From: Azolla caroliniana
Lineage: Eukaryota; Plantae; Polypodiophyta
Assembly (NCBI GenBank): GCA_043228905.1
Contig: JBHGNT010000012.1
Coordinates: forward strand, 6,634,001 to 6,698,000
Direction of reading: 5' to 3'
DNA: 64,000 nt
This document shows, piece after piece, positions 12,580 through 23,017 of this stretch. The notes below the pieces were generated by a model, which ran no database searches, had not been told where the DNA came from, and saw only the letters and a list, made by a program, of their open reading frames with translations. Position numbers and translations under genes: made by a program. Position 1 is the first letter of the stretch; each line of letters opens with the position of its first letter.

Positions 12580-13339
12580 CGAACTTCCGGTACCATTGCC
12601 GGGGAGCCTGCTTCAGTCCAAAACTTCTTGGGTAGTTTTGTATGCGCCAACATACTCCGGACCCTCTCCATTACGGTCCGGTTCATCCTCTCGGCCAGCC
12701 CGTTTAGTTTCGACGTCTTCGGCATGGTAAATTCGAGCCGGATTCCCTTCGAGCGGCAGTACTCCTCGAACTGCCCCCGGTATTCACCTCCGTTATCTGC
12801 TCGAACCGCCTTCAACTTTCGGCCGGTTTCTCTTTCCACTCTCGCGTGGAGCTCTTTGAAGACGGATAACACCTGATCCTTCGTCTTCAACGGTGCCCAC
12901 AGCTTCCGGCTGTGGTCATCTATGAACGTCACCAAGTACTGCGATCTTGCATGTGACTTCGTGTCCACTTGACACACATCAGTATGCACCAACTCCAGTG
13001 GTGCATTACGTCTCATCGGTGGCCTCGATCAGAAGGAGGTCCGGTTTTGCTTTCCGGCCAGACAATCAGTGCACTTCTCCAAGTGCACGTTCTTCACTGG
13101 AATGAGGTTGTCGTCTGCAAGCCTCTTCATCCCCTTCTCGCTCATGTGACACAGCCTTTTGTGCCACAGCTCACCGGCAGTGTCGGATGCCACGTTCACT
13201 TCCTCCAGACATAACCGGGCAATCATCAGGTACAACGTGTTTACCTTCCGGGCCGGAGCCACAATCAGGCTCCCTTTGCTGAACTTCATAACACCGTTCC
13301 GGATGCTACCCGTGTAGCCTTCATCATCTAGCCGACCGG
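12580..13339 (-). pseudogene. pol: Copia B GAG-pre-integrase/integrase, fused by deletion to RT
   Basis: LWHKRLCH, VHTDVC, ADNGGEY, NGLAERMN; then LKQAPRQWYRKF in another frame. Confidence 0.9.
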
Positions 13340-13742
13340 TGTCGTGAAGATCCGTCACTACACGCGGATCGTGAGGCGGAACCGCCGGGGTTCTGGACCG
13401 GAAGGATTTAGAGTCGATACAAGCTTTGGCGAGAAAGTACTTAAGATAGATTGGGAAAGAGAGAAGTTGAGATTACACAATTGATTTAATAACGAATTTC
13501 TTCCTCTTAATTTTCATACCAAAAAAAACCATGTTTTTCTCCTCCCCCTTCCCTCTTTTATAGATGCTCTCATGCATATGATGCATGTGAGGGTACAAGA
13601 CATGCATAAATTGCATGTTTGCCATTTGGCGCTTAAGTATTACATGTGGTGCATGCTAACCATGTCACTCATTTTAGCACTCATGGATGAGAATTTACAT
13701 TTAAAAGTACAATGATAGAAATATAATTTCAACTAAATACTA

Positions 13743-13806
13743 TGGCTTAATGGTAAGCCATTTGACTCCTAACTTGGAGGTGCAAGGTTCGAATCCATAC
13801 TTGCCC
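13743..13806 (+). promoter_or_regulatory. tRNA-like A/B-box cassette in U3 (second copy ~20515-20578)
   Basis: TGGCTTAATGGTAAGCCA (D-arm-like), CTCCTAA loop, AGGTTCGAATCC B box, T-run ~30 nt downstream. Confidence 0.65.
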
Positions 13807-14366
13807 TCCTTGTATATGTAAATATGTATATATTTTTATATATTTATTTTATCTAGTCGCCGGTTCGCCGGATGCCGCCGCCGGATTGCGGTCGGATCAC
13901 CGGCTCCATCGCCGGTCCGGTTTTGGTTGGCCAAAACCCTTTTCGAGTAGCTAGCCACCTCCACTCTAAGTTCAAGTTACCTTGAACTCTCTATGCTCCA
14001 CACATAGACATAAAGATAATATCTTTTGCTCCACCTTATATATGATGAGAGCTGTATTTGTCGTGCCTATGTGGGATATCTCACAATTTTCTCTTTTCTT
14101 TTCACAAACTTTATACCCTCATATCTTGACATTTAGTTGTCCATTTCTCGTGTAATAAAGTGCATTCAAAACCTCCATCATTTTGTACTTAGATATTAAA
14201 AATGTTATCTTCACAATTATTGTATTACATGATTCATACTCGATTTTGTACGTTTTATGGGATTTTCACACGATTGCCGAAAATCTTCACGACATCCACC
14301 CCCACCAAACCGCACGTCCTCCGGTACGTGCCAAGAAGAGAAGAAGTGAGATTTCGGCTACGATGA

Positions 14367-17300
14367 TCAATTAGATTCCTCCATGTCTTCATTTTCATCC
14401 GGCCTATTATGTTCATCGTCGAGGTAATCGAGGTCAGGATCCTTGTCTTGTCTTTTCTTGAAAAGCTTTACTCTTTTTCCCGCAATGGGTACGACCAACC
14501 TTGATCCGTCTAGTTCCGCAAGGTGGTATGTGGCATTATCGTTGGCACTTGTCACCACATACGGCCCGAACCATCTTCTTGCGAACTTCCTTGTTGTACT
14601 ATGTTGATTGTCAAGGGTGCTGTCGTAGACCAAAACCCAATCCCCTTCTTCAATCTTCTTGGGACGAAGTCGATGCGTGTTGTCGAACCGAACTTTGTTC
14701 TTTACTCGGGTTGCCTTCATCATCTTTCGCGCTTTTTCTAAATCTTCAGGTCTTCTTTCAAGTTGCCTTATCCGCGCCGCTAATAACTCTTCTCGGCTCA
14801 TCTCGTTCTCCCACGGTATCGCTACCCATGAGGCGATCGTCCTTTCGATGGGCATAATCGGCTTTTGTCCATACATAAGCTCCGTCGGCATATACCCTGT
14901 CACCGAGCTATGTGTCGTTCTATCGGCCCACAAGGCATAGGGTAATAGTCGTGGCCAATTCCCGACTCGACCGTTGCATGCCCGTACGATGGCTTTAACG
15001 ATAGGTCCATGCCCTCGCTCGATCTTCCCATTTGCTTCCGGATTGTAGGCAGTCGTGAGGGAGAGCTTCACGCCTAGTCTTTCGAAGAGCTCCGTCGCTT
15101 CGTGCATGTCCAACTCCCCTCGGTCGGCCACTATCTTCCCTACACATCCATATCGGCAAACAACATCTTCAAGTAAAAATTTACAAACGGCTGAAGTCAT
15201 CTTATTTGTCAAGGCTCGTCCTTCCACTTGATTTGTCAAGTCTTCCCTTGCGAGCGCTAAGTACTTCATTTGTCCCACTCCCATTGGCATCGAGACCAGA
15301 TCCACCATCCATTTGAAGTGAATGGTGAGTGGGTATGTCGGCTTTAACTCATCACGATGACGTATATTTGAATATACTTGGCAAGTTTCGCATGTGGACA
15401 CGAAATGGAGTACATCTTTGTACATGCTTGGCCACCAGTACTTCTCCTTCAACTTTTCGAACGTCGCCCATGTTCCTCTATGACCTGCCCAAGCACTCTC
15501 ATGGAATTCGGTCATCAGCGTCTCTTGCTCTTCTTTCTTTATCACCACTCGACGTGGTATTCCTGTCCTTCTTTTTGGATGTCGCCAAAGGAATCCTCCC
15601 TTCAAGAAGTATCGGTAAGCTTTCTTTCGGATTCGTAGGGACTCCTCCTTTGTCAACGAAGCATCTGTCGTCAATGTTCTTAGGAATCTACCGATCAGTA
15701 ACCATTCTCCTTCGTACTCGTTCTCGTTGAAGGCGTGGAGGGTTTGCGTGTCCTGGTCTTCCGCCGACAATCGAGCCATCTTGAAGAAGTCGAGGGCGAC
15801 ATCTTCATCTTCCGAAACCATGTTACTTCCATTTGAAAATCTTGCCCTCGACAGCATGTCAGCCATGGCGTTCTTCTTCCCTGCGATGTGACGGATCTCT
15901 GGGTTTAAAGACTTGATGTAGGCAATCCACCTTAGCATATCAAGATCTGGGGTCGCACATCCCGAGACCATTCCGAGAATTGGGAGACAATCTGTCTCTA
16001 CTATCACTTCTGATCCGATCAGGTAATCTTTGTCCGTCTTCACTGCCGACACAATACCCCAAAGTTCCCGCTTGACTTGGGCATATCTTTGTTGCCGTTC
16101 GCTGAGAACCTTTGCTCCGAACCGGACGGCATATCGCGCATTATCTTCACCTTCTTGATTGATGACCCACCCGATTCCGGTTGGGTTCGTATCTACGGTC
16201 ACGTAAATTGGTTTCCCTTCGGCATAGTCGGCCTTAGTGCCGGAGCTTCAAGAAGCAGTTTCTTTAATCTTCGCATCGCCTCTGTGTGCTCGTCTCGCCA
16301 TTCGAACTTTATTCTTTTCTTTAGTAATCCATATAACGGTTCGGCGACATGAGCGTAGTGAGGAATCCATATATGATAAAACGCGCACGCTCCAAGGAAC
16401 CTTCGAACCTCCGTTTGGTTTTCGCATTCTTCTTTCATGTCTTGGATTGCGTTCACTTTGGATGGCGAGGGCTTCCGGCCGTATGCTCCACACAAGTGAC
16501 CTACCACCAAGATCTCCGGTTGCCCGAATGCGGATTTTTCTCCCGAAAATGTCAAATTCGCATCTTCGAGCCTTTGAAGCACCTTCTCGCAATCTTTCAT
16601 ATGATCCGCAACGAACTTTCTACAACCTTCCTTATCTTTCGATTCATCTTTCTCCTCATCTGAACATCCTTTTATCGGAATATCATCCAAGAATGGCATC
16701 GTGATGTCCGGAATGCAATCCTTCAAGACTTTATTCATGGCATTCACCATATGAGCCACTGAGTTCGTTGCTCCTTGGGGTAAGGTACACATTCGCACAA
16801 GCCCGATCGGAGTCCTCATGGTTGTAATGTCCCGACTGTCGATCGCCAATTGGAATTGGTCATATCCGGAGTAGAGATCGCCAATGGAGTTGATGGACCG
16901 GCCCGCAAATGCTTCGGCAAATTCGTCCACGCTCGGACCGATTCCGGCATTTCGAATTGTCACCTTGTTGACGGGTTGAAGATCTTGGATGAATCGCAAT
17001 GATCCATTCTTCTTCGGCACCGTGAACCACCTATTGGAATAAGGAGCATTCGACGGTTCTAGAATTCCCATACTCACCTTCTCCTTTAAGAGCTCGATCA
17101 GCTTCGGAAGGTGTGCTCTCGGAACCGGTATCGGTTTCAAGTTCCAAGGCACATGAGGCACCGTGAAGATCACCATTGGCTCTATAATCTTTGGGTCGGC
17201 GCATCCGATTTCTCGTGGGAAGAATGCGAAAGCCTTCCCATGTCTCTCAAGCATATCGCGAAACATTCGCTCCTCTTCAGGGAGAAGGAAATCCTCCTTT

Positions 17301-17857
17301 CCAACTCGTAGCTTCCCCTTCGTCTCTTTGGTGAAGTCATGACCTATCTTCTTCGGATCTCTTAAGCTTGTATCGTTAGCGACTTCCTTCATCTTTTGCC
17401 AGCTATCTTCCGGTAGCGGAACCGCAACTGGCTTGATCTTCTTATCCACTGTTTTATATTTCGTGTTGATGTCAGCTTCATTCATCGAGATGCCACGACG
17501 GTATTCATCGATGATAGCGTACATGTTGACGGAGTTAACCGAAATCACACGTTGGTTGTGAAGATAGCTCAAGTCCACGACGTCCTCGATTTCGCCGATG
17601 GTGTCGTTAAATGAGGCTTCTTCCATAATATGAGTCACGAACTCTCCTTCTTCTATGATGTTCTCTTCTTTCAGCAACTTCTCGAATTCTTGTATCCGGC
17701 GCTTGTGCTTCTTGTCGGGTAGTACTAGTTTACATGCGCCACTAGGTGTGACACATGTTGCTTCTCCTTGCAATCCACGCGCTCTTCTTTCTTGTGGGGT
17801 CTTGTGATTGCTCGGACTATTTGTGCCCCATGCTTCAATAGTCCGCTCTAAAAATCC
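14367..17857 (-). pseudogene. pol: pol (RT-RNase H-integrase) of Trp-primed Gypsy; one frameshift near 16220
   Basis: DLYSGYDQF, LPQGATNS, PFLDD, VDTNPTGIG, H-H-C-C, VADRGE, GKIERGH, WFGPY. Confidence 0.93.
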
Positions 17858-20051
17858 GAGGATTCGCCTCCGAGACTATCTCAATTCCTTTCATGATTGG
17901 CTCGCACTGTTAGGAATTGGACCGATCTTTGGTTGTCAAGACTCTTTATTCGTGCGAAGGCTGCTCCATTATCGAACACTTTGGTCTCCATCCGAGATGA
18001 TGTGATATAAGGTTGCCCTAGGATGACAGGATGCGACGCCGATTCTTGTACGAAGAAGTGTTGATCCATCTCCACATCCCCGATCGTGACTTTGACATTG
18101 GGACAAGCTCCGTACAAGTCCTCCGTAGACTTTGTTGCCGCGCGAATCTTCCATCCGTGGTTTGTATTGATCGGCCATCTTCCCTTTTTGTAGAAGTCGG
18201 TTGACATGAGGTTGATCTCCGAGCCGTGGTCGATCAAGGCTACGACGGTCTCTTTCTTCTCCCCGATCTTCACCGGCGTCTCCGTTGTCGCTCGTGCCCA
18301 ATGAGGTCGAGTGTAGTGGCTGTCCACCATATCTTCATCGATTTCGTCTCTTGCCATCGTTATGGCATTCGTTTTTGCTTTCTGCGGCTTCTCTTCTTCC
18401 TCGTCCGATTGTTGTCTCTTTCTCTTTACAAGGTCCACGATCGTGTCATGGAACTCCTTCTTCGTAATGCCAAGCAATTCCCTCAAGGACAAAGTTATGT
18501 GGCTATCAAGAACTCGTTCTTCGAGAATCTTCTTTAGGTCCGTCGTCTGCTCTATGTCCGACCTTAGCTTATAGGTAAGTATGGTCCTTGTCCTCCGAGC
18601 GGGGTCTTCGACACCAACCTTCACGGGCCGAACCGTTTCTTCAACTCGTATGCTCGGCTCCCCTTTTCGGCTTGATTCTCGTTCCTCCGTTTGTAAAGGT
18701 CGACTCGTCTCCGCATCGTCCTTCTTTTTCGCGTTCCTTGTTTCATGTCTTTTTGATGGCTCTTGCTCTTCTATTCTCTTTCTCTTCTCTTCGACGAACA
18801 CCTCGTGGTTGTCGCACATCACCTCCGCGAGTATGGTGTTGTCGTCCACCGGATCCGACCACCCGGTTATGTTTTGCACGCTTCGGTCCGCAAGCTCTAC
18901 CTCGTTCGATGTGACTTTTCCCTTCTTCTCATATTCGAGAACGGAAGTCCAAAACTTTGCTCCCGCTCTAGCAGCTCAGTCTTGTCTTTCCCGACTCTTA
19001 TTCCGGCCGACGTAGCATAGTGCATCGCATCCACATGAGTCGCATCGGCATCCTCCATAGATTTCTTCATTCCTCCTCTTCCGAAATTCACCCGTAGGGG
19101 TCTTCTAGTCTCGCTTGAGCAGATCATGTTGTCCTCTATGTATACGATATTTTGTCGAATCGCCTCTCGAAGGCTCGCACAATCCCTTCTCATGTGGTCC
19201 ATGCTATCGCACCACACGCATCTAAAGGGTTCTTTTCCTTTAGGGCCCCGACGATTCATGTTGGCTAGCGTGACCTTCTCGAACTTTTTCGCTAGCTCTT
19301 CAATGATGTCGTCATCAATCTTCTTTTCTTCCATGTTACTTTGTCTCGGCGGCTTAGCTACTTTCGGCGGTCTTGCTTTCTCCGTGGTAGTCGGTCCCAT
19401 CAAGTCGGTGTCCTCAACCCATTGGCGACGCTTGTCGAGCCTATTGCATGCCCGCTTCACCGCGATCCAGTCCGCTATGAGCCCATTTGCTTGGGTATCA
19501 TCTTCGAGAAGAGTCCCCAACTCCCGTCTATCCTTTATGTCCACGTCCTTCAAGAAGTACAAAGTCTTGTCCTCTTCAAGCAATACTTGGTCCGTATTGG
19601 GGAGACGACTAAACATCTGGTCGAATTCGTCGTACACCCTCGAGACGCTCATCTTCTTATTCTTCTTCTCTATCCACTTCATCAGGGCATGTCGAGTCAT
19701 CCTCGTTGAGTCTTCAGTCACGAACTCCGCTAGTATCGTTTTCTCGAACTCGGATCATGTTGTCTTTCCTTCTTGAAGCTCGATGACGCGTCTTTGGATG
19801 TTGTTGGCGACAACTCTCTTGAAGCTTGCGATTTGAGGTGCCTCGGACACGTCCCTTTGATTCATCTCCCTCTTATATGCATCAAGGAACTTCGTAACGT
19901 TCCTTCCATCGAATTGGCCCTCGAGCTCTACGACACGATCAACAGTCTTCTCCACGCTCGCGTCATTGTCTCGAGATCTCATCATTTGCTCGACGATTAG
20001 CATCATCCTTTCGAGCTCTCCCGCTTGGTTGCTTGAGGACGCCATCTCCAA
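17848..20051 (-). pseudogene. gag: gag-protease ORF of Trp-primed Gypsy (broken into three ORFs)
   Basis: Zn knuckle CVWCDSMDHMRRDC; protease LIDHGSEIN...VILGQPY; ends GAT TTT TAG. Confidence 0.88.
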
Positions 20052-20086
20052 GTATTAATCTCAACTTGATCCTTCCTACCGCCTCT

Positions 20087-20104
20087 TTCACGTCGGGTTC
20101 ACCA
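20087..20104 (-). promoter_or_regulatory. Primer-binding site, tRNA-Trp
   Basis: TGGTGAACCCGACGTGAA, complementary to the plant tRNA-Trp 3' end as recalled (..TTCACGTCGGGTTCACCA). Confidence 0.8.
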
Positions 20105-21161
20105 CTTGATTATGTCGTGAAGATCCGTCACTACACGCGGATCGTGAGGCGGAACCGCCGGGGTTCTGGACCGGAAGGATTTAGAGTCGATACAAGCTTT
20201 GGCGAGAAAGTACTTAAGATAGATTGGGAAAGAGAGAAGTTGAGATTACACAATTGATTTGATAACGAATTTCTTCCTCTTAATTTTCATACAAAAAAAA
20301 ACTATGTTTTTCTCCTCCCCCTTCCCTCTTTTATAGATGCTCTCATGCATATGATGCATGTGAGGGTACAAGACATGCATAAATTGCATGTTTGCCATTT
20401 GGCGCTTAAGTATTATATGTGGTGCATGCTAACCATGCCACTCATTTTAGCACTCATGGATGAGAATTTACATGTAAAAGTACAATGATAGAAATATAAT
20501 TTCAACTAAATACTATGGTTTAATGGTAAGCCATTTGACTCCTAACTTGGAGGTGCAAGGTTCGAATCCATACTTGCCCTCCTTGTATATGTAAATATGT
20601 ATATATTTTTATATATTTATTTTATCTAGTCGCCGGTTCGCCGGATACCGTCGTCGGATGCCGTCGTCGGATACCGGTGCCGCCGCCGACGCCGGATACC
20701 GGTGCCGATGCCGACGCCGGATGCCGCCGCCGGATGCCGACGCCGCCGCCGGATTGTGGTCGGATCACCGGCTCCATCGCCGGTCCGGTTTTGGTTGGCC
20801 AAAACCCTTTTCGAGTAGCTAGCCACCTCCACTCTAAGTTCAAGTTACCTTGACTCTCTATGCTCCACACATAGACACAAAGATAATATCTTTTGCTCCA
20901 CCTTATATATGATGAGAGCCGTATTTGTCGTGCCTATGTGGGATATCTCACAATTTTCTCTTTTCTTTTCACAAACTTTATACCCTCATATCTTGACATT
21001 TAGTTGTCCATTTCTCGTGTAATAAAGTGCATTCGAAACCTCCATCATTTTGTACTTAGATATTAAAAATATTATCTTCACAATTATTGTATTACATGAT
21101 TCATACTCGATTTTGTACGTTTTATGGGATTTTCACACGATTGCCGAAAATCTTCACGACA

Positions 21162-22297
21162 CCGGTTGATATCAGATTCAGACGAATTTCCGGAATGTGT
21201 CGGACATCCTTCAACAGCAGCTTGCATCCGGTTGGTGTTGACAACCACACGTCTCCTATGCCGACAATTCGGCATGTACCTTCATTCCCCTTCCGAACAC
21301 AACCGTGATCAATGGCTGAGTAGGATGAGAAACATTTCCGGTCCGGGGTAAGGTGGAACGACGCTCCGGAGTCGACCACCCAGGTCATCTCATCGCCAAC
21401 AAGGTTTATCTCACTCTCCTCGGTGATGAGCATCAACTCTTCTTCACTTGCCGCAATTGCCGTCGTTCCCTTCCGGTCCGCCCCCCTCCGGTCTTTACCG
21501 TTCCGGTCCGGTGTCCGCTTCGAATTGGTACCATTGGTTTCCTTGTCTTTTCGGAAATGCCGACAGTTCTTCTGGAAGTGTCCCGGCTTGCCGCAATAGA
21601 AGCAAGTAGGCCTCCCCCTTGACTTTGACCGCGTCCCCGACTTTTCCTGGTTCTGGGGACTACGGTTTCTATGTCTTCCGCGTTCTGATTCGGTAAGGAG
21701 CGCTTTGGAGTCGGAGCTCGTATCCTTATCTTTCCGACACGCCTCCTCATCTAACAATCTCGACTTCACTCTTGCTAGGGATAACCGTTTCCCTTCCGGC
21801 CCGGCGTTGCTCAAAGTGACAACCAACGTCTCCCAGCTATCCGGGAGGGAACCGAGCAGGAGTAGTGCTAGTACCTCATCGGCGAGAGGTACTTCCAATG
21901 ATGTTGCCTGGTGGATCAGCCCCTAGAAGGCATTCATGTGCTCTGCCATGTTGGAGCCATGTTGGTACCAGAGTCTTACTAGCTTCTGGAATACCGAAAC
22001 CTGATTAACATCATTTTTTTTTTGAAACATAATGCCGATCTTCTCCCAGAGCTCATGAGCCTTGCTCTCTTCATTGAAGTTATTGTATAGGCTCATGTCG
22101 ATGAAGCACCGTATGTACGCCGTTGTCTTCATGTGCATCACCTCCCATATCGTGGCGTCAATTTTGTCCGGTCTCTTGTCCCCAAACTGAACTGGCAACC
22201 AAAGATCTTTAACCACGAGCATGTCCCTCATCTTCGACTTCCACACCGAATAGTTGGATCTGGTGAGCTTGAACATGGCTCCCAACGAATCGTCCAT
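21162..22297 (-). pseudogene. gag: Copia B gag/protease
   Basis: KLTRSNYSVWK, LLGSLPDSWETL, CFYCGKPGHFQKNC, WVVDSGASFH. Confidence 0.92.
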
Positions 22298-22327
22298 TTT
22301 CTGTGTCGTTTCGCTCTGATACCACTT

Positions 22328-23017
22328 TGACAGGAACTGCACGCTCCCTATGCGCAACGCTCGGCCACAACAGAGCTTAGAATCATACACAAGAAAAGGG
22401 AAATGAAAGCATGACACAATGGAGAGAGGAGTACACAGGATGTTAGCGTGGAAAAACCCAAACTAGGGAAAAAAAACCACGACAGTCCACAGACTGCAAA
22501 CTATCACTATATCAGAATGTACAATAGTGAGCTCACGGAGGCAACGACCTCGTGGTCACGATCTTCGCCACAGGCAGTGGTTACAACAGAGGCAACGACC
22601 TCTTCCTCTCTCTCTCTCTATATATATATATACATACACTGTTACACACTCTCAGGTCTTGCACCAACAAGAATGACAACAACACTATTCTCTGTTTGCC
22701 CTAAGTCATATTTATACCAATATGACTTTTCGGTTATTTACAAATATAGCCCTGATGGACTCTTAGAGACATATTTACAAATATGTCCCTTCATCCGGTG
22801 AGCACTTCTCACGGGGCCTTCACCATCCGGCTCTTGCCTGGTACTCCTCATCCGGTTCACACCGGGTCTTCCGTAGCCGGGTACTCCTCATCCGGCGCTT
22901 GCCGGGTACACCACATCCGGTTCTCACCGGGTCTTCCGTAGCCGGGTACTTCTCACCGAGTTTGCTCATCAGTATTGTTCTTCTCACTTCTCATCTGGAG
23001 GGACCTGTTTCCTAACA
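22328..23017 (-). repeat. 5' LTR of Copia B
   Basis: Followed on - strand by TGGTATCAGAGCG PBS. Confidence 0.93.

Larger units (their letters stand above)
13340..21161 (-). mobile_element. Full-length non-chromovirus Ty3/Gypsy primed by tRNA-Trp, 7.8 kb
   Basis: LTRs 13340-14294 and 20113-21161 (TGTCGTGAAGA...TCTTCACGACA); 4-bp TSD CCGG; PBS 20087-20104; PPT ~14295-14306; no chromodomain. Confidence 0.95.
5063..23017 (-). mobile_element. Ty1/Copia element B, both LTRs, three nested insertions
   Basis: LTRs 5063-5783 and 22328-23017; TSD CACAA/CACAG; PBS tRNA-iMet 22312-22324; PPT ~5784-5795; gag-PR-IN-RT-RH order. Confidence 0.93.

Noticed and set aside
13735-13810. Functional tRNA-Arg(CCT) gene
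   Set aside because: Acceptor, anticodon and T stems do not pair; reported only as a tRNA-like promoter cassette.
19126-19776. Long antisense ORFs (also 36391-36981, 52296-52850, 55085-55609)
   Set aside because: Shadow frames of gag/pol with no independent motifs.
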